Part shown: positions 7,414-9,128 of the stretch, in pieces | Position numbering within the stretch: the first letter of the stretch is position 1 | Layout: every line of letters starts with the position of its first letter | DNA from: an archaeon | GTDB taxonomy: Archaea; Iainarchaeota; Iainarchaeia; Iainarchaeales; CSSED10-239 | NCBI GenBank assembly: GCA_035357435.1 | Contig: DAOPNM010000020.1 | Coordinates: forward strand, 1-9,128 | Direction: 5' to 3' | DNA: 9,128 bases | Notes under the pieces: model-generated | Seen by the model: the letters and a program-made list of their open reading frames with translations, nothing else | Databases searched by the model: none | What the model was told of the DNA's origin: nothing | Program-made: the position numbers and the translations under genes

Positions 7414-7485
7414 GGGCTCTTAGTTCAGCGGTAGAATGCATCCTCAGCAAGGATGAGGTCGCGAGTTCGAATCTCGCAGAGTCCA
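7414..7485 (+). tRNA. tRNA-Ala; the anticodon as folded is AGC, and the anticodon loop is non-canonical (C33, A34)
   Basis: Hand-folded cloverleaf of 72 nt. Acceptor stem is GGGCTCT/AGAGTCC with a G3:U70 wobble pair, and the discriminator is A73; both are alanine identity elements. D arm is GTTC-AGCGGTA-GAAT with G18G19. Anticodon stem is CATCC/GGATG with loop TCAGCAA. Variable loop is AGGTC. T arm is GCGAG-TTCGAAT-CTCGC. No CCA is encoded and there is no intron. Confidence 0.85.
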
Positions 7486-7534
7486 TTATTAAAAAAACAA
7501 TATTTAAAAACCATTTGAATAAATATATAATAAA

Positions 7535-7556
7535 TTAATAAATGGTTAATAAATGG
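7535..7556. repeat. Perfect tandem direct repeat, 2 x TTAATAAATGG
   Basis: 7535-7545 and 7546-7556 are identical 11-mers. They lie 35-56 nt upstream of the ATG at 7591. The G-containing core AAATGG also occurs inverted (CCATTT) at 7511-7516. Confidence 0.6.
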
Positions 7557-7590
7557 ATAATATAGTATAATATACAAAAACATAAAAAAG

Positions 7591-7902
7591 ATGATAAAAA
7601 TGAATATACCAATGTATAGAGAATTCCAAAAAAAAGAATTTGGAAATAAAAATGAAACAATGTCTATGTCACAAGTATTTTCTAAAATAAGAACTTATGA
7701 AAAATTAGTAAATACAGACATTACAACATACACAAAAGAAAAATTAAACAACCTAAAAAAACAAATAATAGATCTAAGAAAAGAACTAAAAGACTATCTT
7801 GCAAAAAATGAAATACCAGACAACATGCTTGAAAGATTTGAAGATGCAGACTTTATTGCAGATGATAAAATATTAGAAATAGATAAAAAAGTATTTAAAT
7901 AA
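7591..7902 (+). CDS. Hypothetical small protein, K/E-rich and predicted helical or coiled-coil
   Basis: This is a 103-codon open frame in AT-rich DNA where stops are frequent. It is preceded by duplicated ATAATATA boxes (7557-7564 and 7567-7574). I recognise no family motif. Alternative starts at Met4 or Met8 are possible. Confidence 0.55.
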   Translation: MIKMNIPMYREFQKKEFGNKNETMSMSQVFSKIRTYEKLVNTDITTYTKEKLNNLKKQIIDLRKELKDYLAKNEIPDNMLERFEDADFIADDKILEIDKKVFK

Positions 7903-7906
7903 AATT

Positions 7907-7914
7907 AAAAAAAA
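7907..7914 (-). terminator. T8 tract directly after the stop of the DUF1858-like gene
   Basis: The + strand reads AAAAAAAA at 7907-7914, giving T8 on the minus strand immediately after the TAA at 7915-7917. The convergent genes are only 12 nt apart. Confidence 0.4.
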
Positions 7915-8184
7915 TTAATCATTATTCTTTTTTATCTTCTTCTTTGAAACAACATTCTTTTTCTTTATAACACTTTTAGATTTATTTTCTGTTAACTTAT
8001 TTAACTCCTTTAAAAGATTATCTAAATCTATACCATAATTTAAACAAACCATCTCTAATGTTAAATTACCAAATTCCAATCTAGCCATTGGACAAGACAC
8101 ACATGGTACATAATATTTAGACAAAATTTCTTCTCCTCCTTTTAGTTTATAAACCTCTTCAATTGTTGTTTTTTTTGTAATCAT
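7915..8184 (-). CDS. DUF1858-like small CxxC protein (hybrid-cluster-protein-associated redox disulfide domain family) with a Lys-rich C-terminal tail
   Basis: 89 aa. MITKKTTIEEVYKLKGGEEILSKYYVPCVSCPMARLEFGNLTLEMVCLNYGIDLDNLLKELNK follows the DUF1858 pattern as I recall it (MITkdmtI.evl...p....vf.k.gl.C.gCpma...tLeeaa..hgidld.ll.eLn). The tail KSKSVIKKKNVVSKKKIKKNND is additional. Confidence 0.7.
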   Translation of the reverse strand: MITKKTTIEEVYKLKGGEEILSKYYVPCVSCPMARLEFGNLTLEMVCLNYGIDLDNLLKELNKLTENKSKSVIKKKNVVSKKKIKKNND

Positions 8185-8187
8185 ATA

Positions 8188-8193
8188 ATCACC
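8188..8193 (-). promoter_or_regulatory. Shine-Dalgarno site (GGTGAT) for the DUF1858-like gene
   Basis: The minus strand reads AAAGGTGATTATATG. GGTGAT is complementary to the conserved AUCACC at the archaeal/bacterial 16S 3' end. This suggests translation from a polycistronic mRNA shared with the upstream paralog gene. Confidence 0.55.
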
Positions 8194-8223
8194 TTTTATC
8201 TAATTTTATTTATTTAATTTTAA

Positions 8224-8799
8224 CTATTTTATTTTTAAAACATACTCTGGGAAAGATGGCAAATAAACATTAATAATTTTTCCAGAGTTAGTTTTGGCTT
8301 TCACACTTGAATGCACTGCATCAAAACCAATAATTTTTTTAATATTATATTTCTTTAACATTCTTTTATAAACAAAATCAGAACTAGGAACTAACTCAAA
8401 ACCTAATTCTTCTGCCAATTTTGGGTGTTCTGCAAAAATCCATGTTACTGTAGAAATATAATCTACATTGTTTTCTTTTGCGACTTTTAATATTTTATAA
8501 TATATATTTTTTAATTGTGGAATGGTTGCTCTTTCTTTATTATGTAATAAAGTTACATCTAATGTGTTTTTATCTGTAATATAATAATATACAACATATC
8601 CAGAATTAGACAATGTTTTATAATTTACAGAGCCATCCTTTCTTTGTTTAGAAATATATGAAAGACCATATTTTTTAAACTGATCTGAAGAATTCAAATC
8701 ATTTTGTTTATTTTTTTTAAAAGAATCATGGGTAACCTTTAACTCTTTTTCAATAACTGCTTGTTTTCGCATTAACGGTTTTTGTATTTTGGGGGTCAT
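8224..8799 (-). CDS. Hypothetical protein, full-length member of a tandem paralog pair, with a possible degenerate GNAT-like fold
   Basis: 191-aa ORF. Its C-terminal ~92 aa are roughly 55-60% identical (hand count) to the neighbouring partial ORF. The segment LDVTLLHNKERATIPQLKNIYYKILKVAKENNVDYISTVTWIFAEHPKLAEELGFELV resembles the beta4-alpha3-beta5-alpha4-beta6 region of GNAT acetyltransferases (the ...A..lyeKlGFe.v ending). It lacks the canonical Q/RxxGxG/A acetyl-CoA loop. A GAGGCGATC Shine-Dalgarno-like element lies upstream. Confidence 0.6.
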   Translation of the reverse strand: MTPKIQKPLMRKQAVIEKELKVTHDSFKKNKQNDLNSSDQFKKYGLSYISKQRKDGSVNYKTLSNSGYVVYYYITDKNTLDVTLLHNKERATIPQLKNIYYKILKVAKENNVDYISTVTWIFAEHPKLAEELGFELVPSSDFVYKRMLKKYNIKKIIGFDAVHSSVKAKTNSGKIINVYLPSFPEYVLKIK

Positions 8800-8833
8800 A
8801 ATATTTTAGATCGCCTCTTATTTTTATAAACTA

Positions 8834-9128
8834 TCAACTATTATTTAATTTCAAAACATATTCTGGCAGATCAGAAAAAAAAACAATAACTACTTTCCCA
8901 GATTTAGTTAAAACTTTTGCAGAAAAATTATCTATATTAAAACTAATTATTTTTTTAACATCATATTTTTTTAACTGGCGATTAAAATTAGCATCAGAAC
9001 CAGGAACTAATTTAAAACCCAATTTTTCTGCTAATTTTGGGTGCTCTGCAAAAATCCAAGTGTTTGTATAGATGTATTTTACATTATTTTTTTTTGCAAC
9101 ATCAAATAATTTATTAAACACTAATTTT
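8834..9128 (-). CDS. Hypothetical protein, second tandem paralog, 5'-truncated by the window edge
   Basis: The track begins this ORF at 9121, but that codon is GTG and the frame stays open to nt 9128 (upstream codons read K-L). The aligned paralog has about 100 more N-terminal residues, so the gene almost certainly continues off-window. It shares the core TWIFAEHPKLAE.LGF.LVP and the end PEYVLK. It terminates with TGA followed directly by an in-frame TAG. Confidence 0.6.
   Translation of the reverse strand, partial: KLVFNKLFDVAKKNNVKYIYTNTWIFAEHPKLAEKLGFKLVPGSDANFNRQLKKYDVKKIISFNIDNFSAKVLTKSGKVVIVFFSDLPEYVLKLNNS

Noticed and set aside
7439-7455. Alternative anticodon registers for the tRNA (CAG/Leu with U33 at 7444, or UCA)
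   Set aside because: These registers break the 5-bp anticodon stem (C:A and other mismatches) or place a pyrimidine at position 37. G3:U70 plus A73 together with G35 and C36 all point to alanine identity.
8711-9095. Long homopolymer tracts inside the paralog genes (T8 at 8711-8718, A9 at 8875-8883, T9 at 9087-9095), considered as possible phase-variation switches
   Set aside because: Runs of 7-9 A or T are common throughout this window, including in housekeeping genes, as expected from Lys/Phe/Asn codon bias. All tracts are in frame here, and there is no evidence of length variation from a single sequence.
7486-9128. A possible integrated mobile element or genomic island inserted at the tRNA-Ala 3' end
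   Set aside because: The genes downstream of the tRNA are small hypotheticals. However, I found no direct repeat of the tRNA 3' half (for example GTTCGAATCTCGCAGAGTCCA) downstream in the window. There is no integrase or recombinase ORF and no visible compositional break. This cannot be excluded beyond the window edge.
1-9128. CRISPR arrays, transposase/IS ends, toxin-antitoxin pairs and known defence genes
   Set aside because: I saw no regularly spaced repeats of 24-40 nt, no terminal inverted repeats flanking an ORF, and no recognisable nuclease, helicase, methylase or Cas-like motifs in any ORF.

Overview
This is very AT-rich, gene-dense DNA with archaeal-looking signals. TATA-like boxes sit about 26-31 nt upstream of gene starts, GGTGAT-type Shine-Dalgarno sites are present, oligo-T tracts follow stop codons, and the tRNA gene lacks an encoded CCA. 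My inference is a small-genome, DPANN-like fermentative archaeon; I cannot prove the taxonomy from the window alone. All three stop codons terminate ORFs, so the standard genetic code applies.

Layout from left to right:
- (i) The 3' end of a polytopic membrane protein on the + strand (3-464), which is missing from the supplied ORF track.
- (ii) A minus-strand block: a four-subunit 2-oxoacid (pyruvate):ferredoxin oxidoreductase operon in the order gamma-delta-alpha-beta (5863 down to 2798). Only 11 nt further on lies a 770-aa FlaI/PilB-family type IV pilus/secretion ATPase (2786-474).
- (iii) The alpha subunit of ADP-forming acetyl-CoA synthetase (5948-7297), transcribed divergently from an 84-bp back-to-back promoter region.
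- (iv) A tRNA-Ala gene (7414-7485) with an anomalous anticodon loop.
- (v) An accessory-looking tail: a small coiled-coil-like hypothetical (+), then a minus-strand cluster of two tandem paralogous hypotheticals followed by a DUF1858-like CxxC protein.

Most of the window is ordinary core energy metabolism. The points that deserve a second look are:
- the C33/A34 tRNA-Ala;
- the uncharacterised tandem paralog pair linked to DUF1858;
- the long Cys/His-rich N-terminal extension of the ATPase and its fusion onto the por operon.

I saw no CRISPR array, transposase, integrase or recognisable defence gene.
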